A DNA stretch of 20,597 nt from IMG/VR virus record IMGVR_UViG_2534681697_000013; one strand, 5' to 3'. The position numbers were made by a program, and so were the translations under genes. Position 1 is the stretch's first letter. Each line of letters starts with the position of its first letter. This DNA is from a virus (lineage: Duplodnaviria; Heunggongvirae; Uroviricota; Caudoviricetes). A model generated the notes under the pieces. It was not told the origin of the DNA. It worked only from the letters and a program-made list of their open reading frames with translations, and made no database searches. Positions 10,499 through 17,634 of this stretch are shown here, piece by piece.

Positions 10499-11545
10499 AT
10501 GAGTATGGTTGATTTATATTCGCCTACACAGCTTGTGCAGGTGGCTAATGCTGAAGATGTGCAAAAAAATTAAATGCGTTGTTTACCAGTTTGTTTTTCA
10601 CTCGCTCGGTAATGTTTGAATCGAGAGACATTATTCTTGATACGATCGACGATCCAAATATCCCGATCGCGGCGTTTTGCTCTCCTATGGTGGGCAGTAA
10701 AGTTTCACGAGATGAGGGATACGAATCAAAAACAATTCGTCCAGGTTATATGAAGCCGAAAAGCAGCATTGATCCAAATAAGTTAGCTGTGCAGCCCTGC
10801 TGGTGTGTCACCTGAGCAATACAATGCTTTTGGGGCGCGTAATATTAAAGTTAAACAGGCGATTGTAAATCAGGCTAAAGCTATTCGTGCACGTATTGAA
10901 TGGCTTGCTGTTCAGGCAATCACAACGGGGAAAAATATCATTGAGGGCGATGGTATTGAACGTTATGAGCTGGACTGGAATATAAAACCACAAAATATCA
11001 TCACTCAGTCTGGCGGTACTGAGTGGTCAGGTAAGGATAAAGAAACTTTTGATCCAAATGATGATATTGAGAGCTACGCAGAATTTAGTGAGGGCGTCAC
11101 TAATATCATCATTATGGGTGGTAATGTATGGAAGAAATACCGTTCATTCAGAGCGATAAAAGAGGCTTTGGATACCCGTCGTGGTTCTAATTCCGAACTG
11201 GAAACGGCCCTTAAAGACCTTGGTGATTCGGTGAGTTTTAAAGGGTATATGGGCGATGTTGCGATTGTTGTTTACAGCGGGCGTTATACCGACGAGGACG
11301 GAACAGAAAAACATTTCCTTGATCCTGATTTGATGGTGCTTGGCAATACGGCTCTTCAGGGGATTGTCGCCTATGGCGGTATTCAGGATCCGGAGCTAAT
11401 CCGAATGGGGCTGACTAAAGCCGAACTTGCACCGAAAAACTATATTGTGCCTGGTGATCCGGCTATTGAATATGTGCAGACACATTCAGCACCACAGCCA
11501 ATACCGGCCCGCATCAATCGTTTTGTTACCGTTCGCATTGGCTAA
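10499..11545 (+). pseudogene. Major capsid protein gene (lambda gpE-like), disrupted by two frameshifts
   Basis: Three consecutive frames each align with successive parts of gpE. First: MSMVDLYSPTQLVQVANAEDVQKN*, stopping at 10571. Second, to 10815: KKLNALFTSLFFTRSV...PGYMKPKSSIDPNKLAVQP. Third, 10805..11545: ...ITQSGGTEWSGKDKETFDPNDDIESY...DTRRGSNSELETALKDLG...GDVAIVVYSG.... The breaks sit in an A7 run (10563..10569) and a CCC run (10795..10797). Confidence 0.75.
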
Positions 11546-11554
11546 GGGGGAGCA

Positions 11555-11896
11555 ATGGCTACTCATTACACTGAACTCATGGCTGGCACTGAAGCACTGG
11601 TGACTACGCTGGGGATATTTTCAGCTAATAAAGGGGTAATTCCTGCATTTACGCCACTGATGCAGGAAGATGCAACAGGTGCACTGGTGGTATGGGATGG
11701 TTCGAGCGTAGGTAAAGCGGTTTATGTTTCCGCTGTACAAATCGACACCGCGAAAAAAACACAGGCTCAGGTCTATAAGACAGGTGTCTTAAATGTTGAT
11801 GCTCTGAACTGGCCTGAGTCTGTTAAAGAACTGTCAGTAAAGGTTGCAGCGTTTGTTGGCTCAGGTATTTCTGTTCAGCCGCTGGCTCGTGTGTAA
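11555..11896 (+). CDS. Head decoration protein (lambda gpD-like), 113 aa, apparently intact
   Basis: AAGGGGGA upstream of ATG. LVVWDGSSVGKAVYVSAV, VYKTGVLNVDALNWPE and AAFVGSGISV parallel the gpD motifs [34 protein letters not shown] and [10 protein letters not shown]. Confidence 0.72.
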   Translation: MATHYTELMAGTEALVTTLGIFSANKGVIPAFTPLMQEDATGALVVWDGSSVGKAVYVSAVQIDTAKKTQAQVYKTGVLNVDALNWPESVKELSVKVAAFVGSGISVQPLARV

Positions 11897-11907
11897 AGGG
11901 GGATACA

Positions 11908-12291
11908 ATGCAGAATGATTACAATGACCTTAAGCCAATTGCCGAAATGATGTACCCGAATCCAGCTGTAGAGGAATTAAAAGCTATCGCTGACAAAATG
12001 TGTTTAAGCGAGCGCCTTGTTGATATGAATCAGGTGATGGAAATTACAACCCTGAGTCGTCGTACACTGCTAAACCTTGAGGCTAGTGGAGAGTTCCCGG
12101 AGCGTGTGCAGGTTACGGAAGGGCGTAAGGCCTGGTATTTAAGTGAAGTGATCGACTGGATAAATAATATTCCTCGCGCTTCTGAATATTGCCGCGTACC
12201 TGTCCCAAAAAAGCCAGATGCGGCGCTATGCCTCAAGATTGAGCGTGTACGCCGCAATGCACGGGATGGTCGCTATAAGCTGATTGGTTGA
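11908..12291 (+). CDS. AlpA/MerR-type wHTH DNA-binding protein, 127 aa
   Basis: AGGGGGA upstream of ATG; motif MNQVMEITTLSRRTLLNLEASGEFPERVQVTEGRKAWYLSEVIDWI matches the AlpA family. Sits between the decoration gene and cos. Confidence 0.6.
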   Translation: MQNDYNDLKPIAEMMYPNPAVEELKAIADKMCLSERLVDMNQVMEITTLSRRTLLNLEASGEFPERVQVTEGRKAWYLSEVIDWINNIPRASEYCRVPVPKKPDAALCLKIERVRRNARDGRYKLIG

Positions 12292-12343
12292 TGAAATTAG
12301 GGCCCGCTCTGGCTGGCGGGTCCTTTCCGGTGATCCGGTAGGC

Positions 12344-12381
12344 TACGGGGCGGCGACCTCGCGGGTTTTCGCTATTTATGA
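12344..12381. other. cos site: lambda-type cosN (cohesive-end 12-mer GGGCGGCGACCT at 12348..12359)
   Basis: TACGGGGCGGCGACCTCGCGGGTTTTCGCTATTTATGA matches the lambda cosN region; downstream sequence up to the small terminase gene differs from lambda cosB. Confidence 0.75.
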
Positions 12382-12492
12382 GCCTTTTTCGGGTGCTGGT
12401 GGTGGTTTTGTTGTTCGCTCTATCTCTATGAATAAAAAGGAAAAGATAAAGCCAATACACCAACCTGAAACATTACTTAAGTGGGGATATTG

Positions 12493-13035
12493 ATGAAATC
12501 GCACCTGATGAACAAAAAAAACATGGCGCAAAGCTGCCGTGTAAGTGCGACAGCGTTCGACAAGTGGGGAGTGACTCCCGTTGAACGTAAAGGCCGCGAG
12601 GCGTTTTATGATGTTGCCAGCGTAATAGACAATCGGGTTAGCAATGCAATTAACCAGATTACAGACGACAAAGGCGAGATTGATGATGATGAACTCCTAC
12701 GAGTCAGGATCAGATTGCTGACAGCACAGGCAGAGGCGCAGGAGCTTAAAAACGAGCGCGAACGCGGCGACGTTATTGATACAGCGTTTTGTATATACGT
12801 GCTTTCAAAATTGGCGAGTCAGATTTCTTCAATCATGGACAGCCTGCCGCTTGCCATGACAAGGAAGTTTCCCGACATGAAGCCGTCTATGCTGGATGGA
12901 CTGAAAAAAGAAGTTATCAGAGCCTGTAACGCATGCGCAAAACTTGACGAAAACATACCGCTGATGCTGTCCGATTATCTGATGGAAACTGCCGGAAACG
13001 TACCGGATAAGTTGCAGCCGAATAAAGATAAGTAA
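12493..13035 (+). CDS. Terminase small subunit homologue (Nu1-like), about 180 aa; start could instead be 12481 (GTG) or 12508 (ATG)
   Basis: LLTAQAEAQELKNERERGDVIDTAFCIYVLSKLASQISSIMDSLPLAMTRKFPDMKPSMLDGLKKEVIRACNACAKLDENIPLMLSDYL parallels the Nu1 C-terminal half in this window; N-terminus MNKKNMAQ... parallels Nu1 MEVNKKQLA...; immediately downstream of cos. Confidence 0.8.
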   Translation: MKSHLMNKKNMAQSCRVSATAFDKWGVTPVERKGREAFYDVASVIDNRVSNAINQITDDKGEIDDDELLRVRIRLLTAQAEAQELKNERERGDVIDTAFCIYVLSKLASQISSIMDSLPLAMTRKFPDMKPSMLDGLKKEVIRACNACAKLDENIPLMLSDYLMETAGNVPDKLQPNKDK

Positions 13036-13046
13036 CGTAGTACGCT

Positions 13047-13328
13047 ATGACTGAATCCGAAATACTGCGATTAATCCGCCGTGCTTGTGGAATCAGCAAG
13101 CAGCATGACGAACAGGCCACGCAGCCGGACAGCGTGACCGCAGATAATTATGTGCGTGTAGTGGCTGAGGTGATGCGCCGTGACGGTATTGAGCTTAACG
13201 GCGTGGATATGCGCAACATACGAACAAGAGTCCTTGAGTTGCTGGCATATCGTCGCCGTTCTCAACAACGGAGGGAGAGCGCGAAAAATACTTACCAGTG
13301 GAAGAAGCCGGAACGATTGCGGCGGTAA
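13047..13328 (+). CDS. Hypothetical protein, 93 aa
   Basis: ORF 12 nt after the small terminase stop; no strong Shine-Dalgarno; function unknown. Confidence 0.45.
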   Translation: MTESEILRLIRRACGISKQHDEQATQPDSVTADNYVRVVAEVMRRDGIELNGVDMRNIRTRVLELLAYRRRSQQRRESAKNTYQWKKPERLRR

Positions 13329-13579
13329 CTTGCTGATATTCCCGATAACGCAAAATTGCGCTGGCTGACTTGTTGCATTGCAAAAAGTTAAGCAGGAAGG
13401 CACGGCCTGTAAGATGGGATGCAGTAAGTAGTTCAAGGCTACCTTGTGCTGGCACGCACAGTTAAGCCGTCGGTGCTGGATATCCCCCACTGGGGGAAAA
13501 GCTGGCTACATCCCTCACATCTGAGGACTGATAACGCGACATTGCGCTGGCTGGCAAAGTGCAAAATTGCACGATGGCC

Positions 13580-13726
13580 TAACCCATTGATTATTTCGAA
13601 AACCTGCAATGCAGGAAATCGGGGAAGTAAGCCTAAGCTATTGATTGTTTCGAAAACCCCCATTGGGGGATGTCGGGAAAGTAAGACTAACCCATTGATT
13701 CTTCCACAATCCTCAATTTGAGGAGG
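13580..13726. repeat. Tandem direct repeats of about 54 bp (2.5 copies), each with a short inverted repeat
   Basis: Units begin TAACCCATTGATTATTTCGAAAACC, TAAGCTATTGATTGTTTCGAAAACC and TAACCCATTGATTCTTCC; each contains a small palindrome (CTGCAATGCAG, CCCCCATTGGGGG, CCTCAATTTGAGG) and ends GG(G)AAGTAAG(C/A)C. Confidence 0.55.
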
Positions 13727-14041
13727 CCGGAACGTCTACATAGCTGCATCGCCGTAATGATGATTCAGCCCACCAGCCAAATCAGCACAGCAACGACAGA
13801 ATAGCCCGACACAGAAAAACCACGAATATGGGGTTTTTGTTATGACATGGTCATGATGACCACTCATACAAAACAGGTAAAGCCCACCAGCCTGATTAAA
13901 GGTTAACCGGAAAAAAGCCAGGTATCCAATCTCGATATGGGGATCCCTATATCGACATTAACGCCCACTAAAACTGTGCATATATGCATAGAAAAAGCAT
14001 CCACCAGCTTTATGACGGATGCCGCTCATCTTATAAATAAT

Positions 14042-14065
14042 CGTGTATTGCAGTGTGTATTGCGA
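14042..14065 (+). repeat. Two direct copies of (C/T)GTGTATTGC(A/G) (14042..14052, 14054..14065); candidate arm-type sites at the right end
   Basis: Same motif and orientation as the three copies upstream of int. Confidence 0.5.
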
Positions 14066-14137
14066 CTCCTTTAAACGATAGGTCTGAGCATTCGTAATGT
14101 ACTGTTTTTAAATTTTATTTTTTCCTGTCTTTTCATA

Positions 14138-14145
14138 AAGGCGAT
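14138..14145. other. Right junction core (attR-like) AAGGCGAT
   Basis: Direct repeat of 3239..3246; portal-like sequence resumes in frame immediately after. Confidence 0.6.
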
Positions 14146-14917
14146 GTATGCCGCCACCATTGAGAGTGAGCTGGATACGCAGTCAGCGATGGATTTTATT
14201 CTGGGCGCGAACAGTAAGGAGCAGCGGGACAAGCTGACCGGCTGGATTGGTGAAATTGCCGCGTATTACGCCGCAGCACCGGTCCGTCTGGGAGGCGCAA
14301 AAGTGCCGCACCTGATGCCGGGGGACTCACTGAACCTGCAGACGGCTCAGGACACGGATAACGGCTACTCCGTGTTTGAGCAGTCACTGTTGCGGTATAT
14401 CGCTGCCGGGCTGGGTGTCTCGTATGAGCAGCTTTCCCGGAATTACGCCCAGATGAGCTACTCCACGGCACGGGCCAGTGCGAACGAGTCGTGGGCGTAC
14501 TTTATGGGGCGGCGAAAATTCGTCGCATCCCGTCAGGCGAGCCAGATGTTTCTGTGCTGGCTGGAAGAGGCCATCGTTCGCCGCGTGGTGACGTTACCTT
14601 CAAAAGCGCGTTTCAGCTTTCAGGAAGCCCGCAGCGCCTGGGGGAACTGTGACTGGATAGGCTCCGGTCGTATGGCCATCGATGGTCTGAAAGAAGTACA
14701 GGAAGCGGTGATGCTGATAGAAGCCGGACTGAGTACCTACGAGAAAGAGTGCGCAAAACGCGGTGACGACTATCAGGAAATTTTTGCCCAGCAGGTCCGT
14801 GAAACGATGGAGCGCCGTGCAGCCGGTCTTAAACCGCCCGCCTGGGCGGCTGCGGCATTTGAATCCGGACTGCGACAATCAACAGAGGAGGAGAAGAGTG
14901 ACAGCAGAGCTGCGTAA
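14138..14917 (+). pseudogene. B: Portal protein gpB, C-terminal part (portal reading frame resumes at 14146)
   Basis: Translation (KA)MYAATIESELDTQSAMDFILGANSKEQRDKLTGWIGEIAAYY...GLRQSTEEEKSDSRAA* is the portal C-terminus; the last 20 nt overlap the GTG start of C. Confidence 0.9.
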
Positions 14918-16217
14918 TCTCCCGCATATTGCCAGCATGGCTTTTAATGAGCCGCTGATGCTTGAACCCGCCTATGCGCGGGTTTTCTTTTGTGCGCTTG
15001 CAGGCCAGCTTGGGATCAGCCGCCTGACGGATGCGGTGTCCGGTGACAGCCTGACTGCCGGAGAGGCACCCGCGACGCTGGCGTTATCCGTTAATGATGA
15101 CGGACCACGACAGGCCCGCAGTTATCAGGTCATGAACGGCATCGCCGTGCTGCCGGTTTCCGGCACGCTGGTCAGCCGGACGCGGGCGCTGCAGCCGTAT
15201 TCGGGGATGACCGGTTACAACGGCATTATCGCCCGTCTGCAACAGGCTGCCAGCGACCCGATGGTGGACGGCATTCTGCTGGATATGGACACGCCCGGCG
15301 GAATGGTGGCAGGGGCATTTGACTGCGCTGACATCATCGCCCGTGTGCGTGACATAAAGCCGGTATGGGCGCTGGCCAATGACATGAACTGCAGCGCAGG
15401 TCAGCTGCTTGCCAGTGCCGCCTCCCGGCGTCTGGTCACGCAGACCGCCCGGACAGGCTCCATCGGCGTCATGATGGCTCACAGTAATTACGGTGCTGCG
15501 CTGGAGAAACAGGGCGTGGAAATCACGCTGATTTACAGCGGCAGCCATAAGGTGGATGGCAACCCCTACAGCCATCTACCGGATGATGTCCGGGAAACAC
15601 TGCAGTCCCGGATGGATGCAACCCGCCGGATGTTTGCACAGAAGGTGTCGGCATATACCGGCCTGTCCGTGCAGGCTGTGCTGGATACCGAGGCTGCAGT
15701 GTACAGCGGTCAGGAGGCCATTGATGCCGGACTGGCTGATGAACTTGTTAACAGTACCGATGCGATCACCGTCATGCGTGATGCACTGGATGCACGTAAA
15801 TCCCGTCTCTCAGGAGGGCGAATGACCAAAGAGACTCAATCAACAACTGTTTCAGCCACTGCTTCGCAGGCTGACGTTACTGGCGTGGTGCAAGCGACGG
15901 AGGGCGAGAACGCCAGCGCTGCGCAGCCGGACGTGAACGCGCAGATCACCGCAGCGGTTGCGGCAGAAAACAGTCGCATTATGGGGATCCTCAACTGTGA
16001 GGAGGCTCACGGACGCGAAGAACAGGCACGCGTGCTGGCCGAAACCCCTGGTATGACCGTGGAAACGGCCCGCCGCATTCTGGCAGCTGCACCACAGAGT
16101 GCACAGGCGCGCAGTGACACTGCGCTGGATCGTCTGATGCAGGGGGCACCGGCACCGCTGGCTGCAGGTAACCCGGCATCTGATGCCGTTAACGATTTGC
16201 TGAACACACCAGTGTAA
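14898..16217 (+). CDS. C: Head protease / scaffold protein (lambda gpC-like), 439 aa, GTG start
   Basis: VTAELRNLPHIASMAFNEPLMLEPAYARVFF...NDLLNTPV*. The track ORF 14763..16217 extends upstream only because of an in-frame upstream start. Confidence 0.94.
   Translation: MTAELRNLPHIASMAFNEPLMLEPAYARVFFCALAGQLGISRLTDAVSGDSLTAGEAPATLALSVNDDGPRQARSYQVMNGIAVLPVSGTLVSRTRALQPYSGMTGYNGIIARLQQAASDPMVDGILLDMDTPGGMVAGAFDCADIIARVRDIKPVWALANDMNCSAGQLLASAASRRLVTQTARTGSIGVMMAHSNYGAALEKQGVEITLIYSGSHKVDGNPYSHLPDDVRETLQSRMDATRRMFAQKVSAYTGLSVQAVLDTEAAVYSGQEAIDAGLADELVNSTDAITVMRDALDARKSRLSGGRMTKETQSTTVSATASQADVTGVVQATEGENASAAQPDVNAQITAAVAAENSRIMGILNCEEAHGREEQARVLAETPGMTVETARRILAAAPQSAQARSDTALDRLMQGAPAPLAAGNPASDAVNDLLNTPV
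15612..16217 (+). CDS. nu3: Scaffold protein gpNu3 (in-frame internal start within C), 201 aa
   Basis: ATG at 15612 in the C frame gives a 606-nt ORF, the nested arrangement known from lambda; no independent sequence evidence beyond position. Confidence 0.7.
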   Translation: MDATRRMFAQKVSAYTGLSVQAVLDTEAAVYSGQEAIDAGLADELVNSTDAITVMRDALDARKSRLSGGRMTKETQSTTVSATASQADVTGVVQATEGENASAAQPDVNAQITAAVAAENSRIMGILNCEEAHGREEQARVLAETPGMTVETARRILAAAPQSAQARSDTALDRLMQGAPAPLAAGNPASDAVNDLLNTPV

Positions 16218-16226
16218 GGGATGTTT

Positions 16227-16471
16227 ATGACGAGCAAAGAAACCTTTACCCATTACCAGCCGCTGGGCAACAGTGACCCGGCTCATACCGCAACCGCGCC
16301 CGGCGGATTGAGTGCGAAAGCGCCTGCAATGACCCCGCTGATGCCGGACACCTCCACCCGTTCTACAAGTCCGGCACGTTCCGTTATGAGGATGTGCTCT
16401 GGCCGGAGGCTGCCAGCGATGAGACGAAAAAACGGACCGCGTTTGCCGGAACGGCAATCAGCATCCTTTAA
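16227..16471 (+). pseudogene. D: Head decoration protein gpD, frameshifted by an internal deletion
   Basis: N-terminal frame reads [43 protein letters not shown] then nonsense; the C-terminal segment [36 protein letters not shown] is in a different frame, from 16361. The locus is about 88 nt shorter than a 333-nt D gene. Confidence 0.75.
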
Positions 16472-16492
16472 CCTTACCCTTCATCACTAAAG

Positions 16493-16513
16493 GCCGCCTG
16501 TGCGGCTTTTTTT
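16493..16513 (+). terminator. Intrinsic terminator-like hairpin between D and E
   Basis: Stem GCCGC / GCGGC with loop CTGT, followed by TTTTTTT. Confidence 0.55.
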
Positions 16514-16526
16514 ACGGGATTTTTTT

Positions 16527-17552
16527 ATGTCGATGTACACAACCGCCCAGCTGCTGGCGGCAAATGAGCAGAAATTTAAGTTTGATCCGCTGTTTCTGCG
16601 TCTCTTTTTCCGTGAGAGCTATCCCTTCACCACGGAGAAAGTCTATCTCTCACAAATTCCGGGACTGGTAAACATGGCGCTGTACGTTTCGCCGATTGTT
16701 TCCGGTGAGGTTATCCGTTCCCGTGGCGGATCCACCTCTGAATTTACACCGGGATATGTCAAGCCCAAGCATGAGGTGAATCCGCAGATGACCCTGCGTC
16801 GCCTGCCGGATGAAGATCCGCAGAATCTGGCGGACCCGGCTTACCGCCGCCGTCGCATCATCCTGCAGAACATGCGAGACGAAGAGCTGGCCATTGCTCA
16901 GGTCGAAGAGATGCAGGCCGTTTCTGCCGTGCTCAAGGGCAAATACACCATGACCGGTGAAGCCTTCGATCCGGTTGAGGTGGATATGGGCCGCAGTGCG
17001 GCGAACAACATCACGCAGTCCGGCGGCACGGAGTGGAGCAAGCGTGACAAGTCCACGTATGACCCGACCGACGATATCGAAGCCTACGCGCTGAACGCCA
17101 GCGGCGTGGTGAATATCATCGTGTTTGACCCGAAAGGCTGGGCGCTGTTCCGTTCCTTCAAAGCCGTCAGGGAGAAGCTGGATACCCGTCGCGGCTCTCA
17201 TTCCGAACTGGAGACAGCGGTAAAAGACCTGGGCAAAGCGGTGTCTTATAAGGGAATGTATGGCGATGTGGCCATCGTCGTGTATTCCGGACAGTACGTG
17301 GAAAACGGCGTCAAAAAGAACTTCCTGCCGGACAACACGATGGTGCTGGGTAACACTCATGCACGCGGTCTGCGCTCCTATGGCTGTATTCAGGATGCGG
17401 ATGCATTGAGTGAGGGTATTAATGCGTCTCCCCGTTATCCGAAAAACTGGAAGACATCCGGCGATCCGGCGCGAGAGTTCACCATGATTCAGTCAGCACC
17501 GCTGATGCTGCTGGCTGATCCTGATGAGTTCGTGGCCGTTCAACTGGCGTAA
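16527..17552 (+). CDS. E: Major capsid protein (lambda gpE-like), 341 aa
   Basis: MSMYTTAQLLAANEQKFKFDPLFLRLFFRESYPFTTEKVYLSQIPGLVNMALYVSPIVSG...DPDEFVAVQLA*; the track ORF starts at an upstream in-frame codon. Confidence 0.96.
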   Translation: MSMYTTAQLLAANEQKFKFDPLFLRLFFRESYPFTTEKVYLSQIPGLVNMALYVSPIVSGEVIRSRGGSTSEFTPGYVKPKHEVNPQMTLRRLPDEDPQNLADPAYRRRRIILQNMRDEELAIAQVEEMQAVSAVLKGKYTMTGEAFDPVEVDMGRSAANNITQSGGTEWSKRDKSTYDPTDDIEAYALNASGVVNIIVFDPKGWALFRSFKAVREKLDTRRGSHSELETAVKDLGKAVSYKGMYGDVAIVVYSGQYVENGVKKNFLPDNTMVLGNTHARGLRSYGCIQDADALSEGINASPRYPKNWKTSGDPAREFTMIQSAPLMLLADPDEFVAVQLA

Positions 17553-17554
17553 TC

Positions 17555-17578
17555 ATGGCCCTTCGGGGCCATTTTCTC
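17555..17578 (+). terminator. Hairpin with T-rich tail after E
   Basis: Stem ATGGCCC / GGGCCAT with loop TTCG, followed by TTTCTCTCT. Confidence 0.5.
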
Positions 17579-17593
17579 TCTGTGGAGGAGTCC

Positions 17594-17603
17594 ATGACGA
17601 AAG
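17594..17603 (+). pseudogene. FI: Remnant of the gpFI gene: start codon plus about 3 codons, then the IS element
   Basis: GGAGGAG followed by ATGACGAAAG at the position expected for FI; the reading frame runs straight into the IS end GTAAGCGC. Confidence 0.55.
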
Positions 17604-17634
17604 TAAGCGCTCCGAGAAGTACGTAGCGTAAGGA

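Noticed and set aside
10563-10797. Programmed ribosomal frameshifting to explain the split capsid gene
   Set aside because: Two compensating shifts 230 nt apart would be required, and there is no known precedent in major capsid genes. Mutation or homopolymer sequencing error is the simpler explanation.
12284-12493. 69-aa plus-strand ORF between the AlpA-like gene and the small terminase
   Set aside because: Overlaps the cos region and its Gly-rich translation comes from the GC-rich cosN sequence; treated as non-coding.
13446-13721. 91-aa plus-strand ORF (and 13439..13663 minus) spanning the tandem repeats
   Set aside because: The repeated peptide segments merely mirror the DNA repeats; no ribosome-binding site; the region is better explained as non-coding cis-elements.
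13580-13726. Possible CRISPR array
   Set aside because: Only about 2.5 imperfect copies of a ~54-bp unit with no unique spacers of regular length; no cas genes. Ordinary tandem repeats.
15852-16457. 201-aa minus-strand ORF (and 15084..15575 minus)
   Set aside because: Antisense to gene C / Nu3 in GC-rich DNA; Arg/Cys/His-rich translation typical of a spurious frame.
16650-17360. 236-aa minus-strand ORF
   Set aside because: Antisense to the major capsid gene E.
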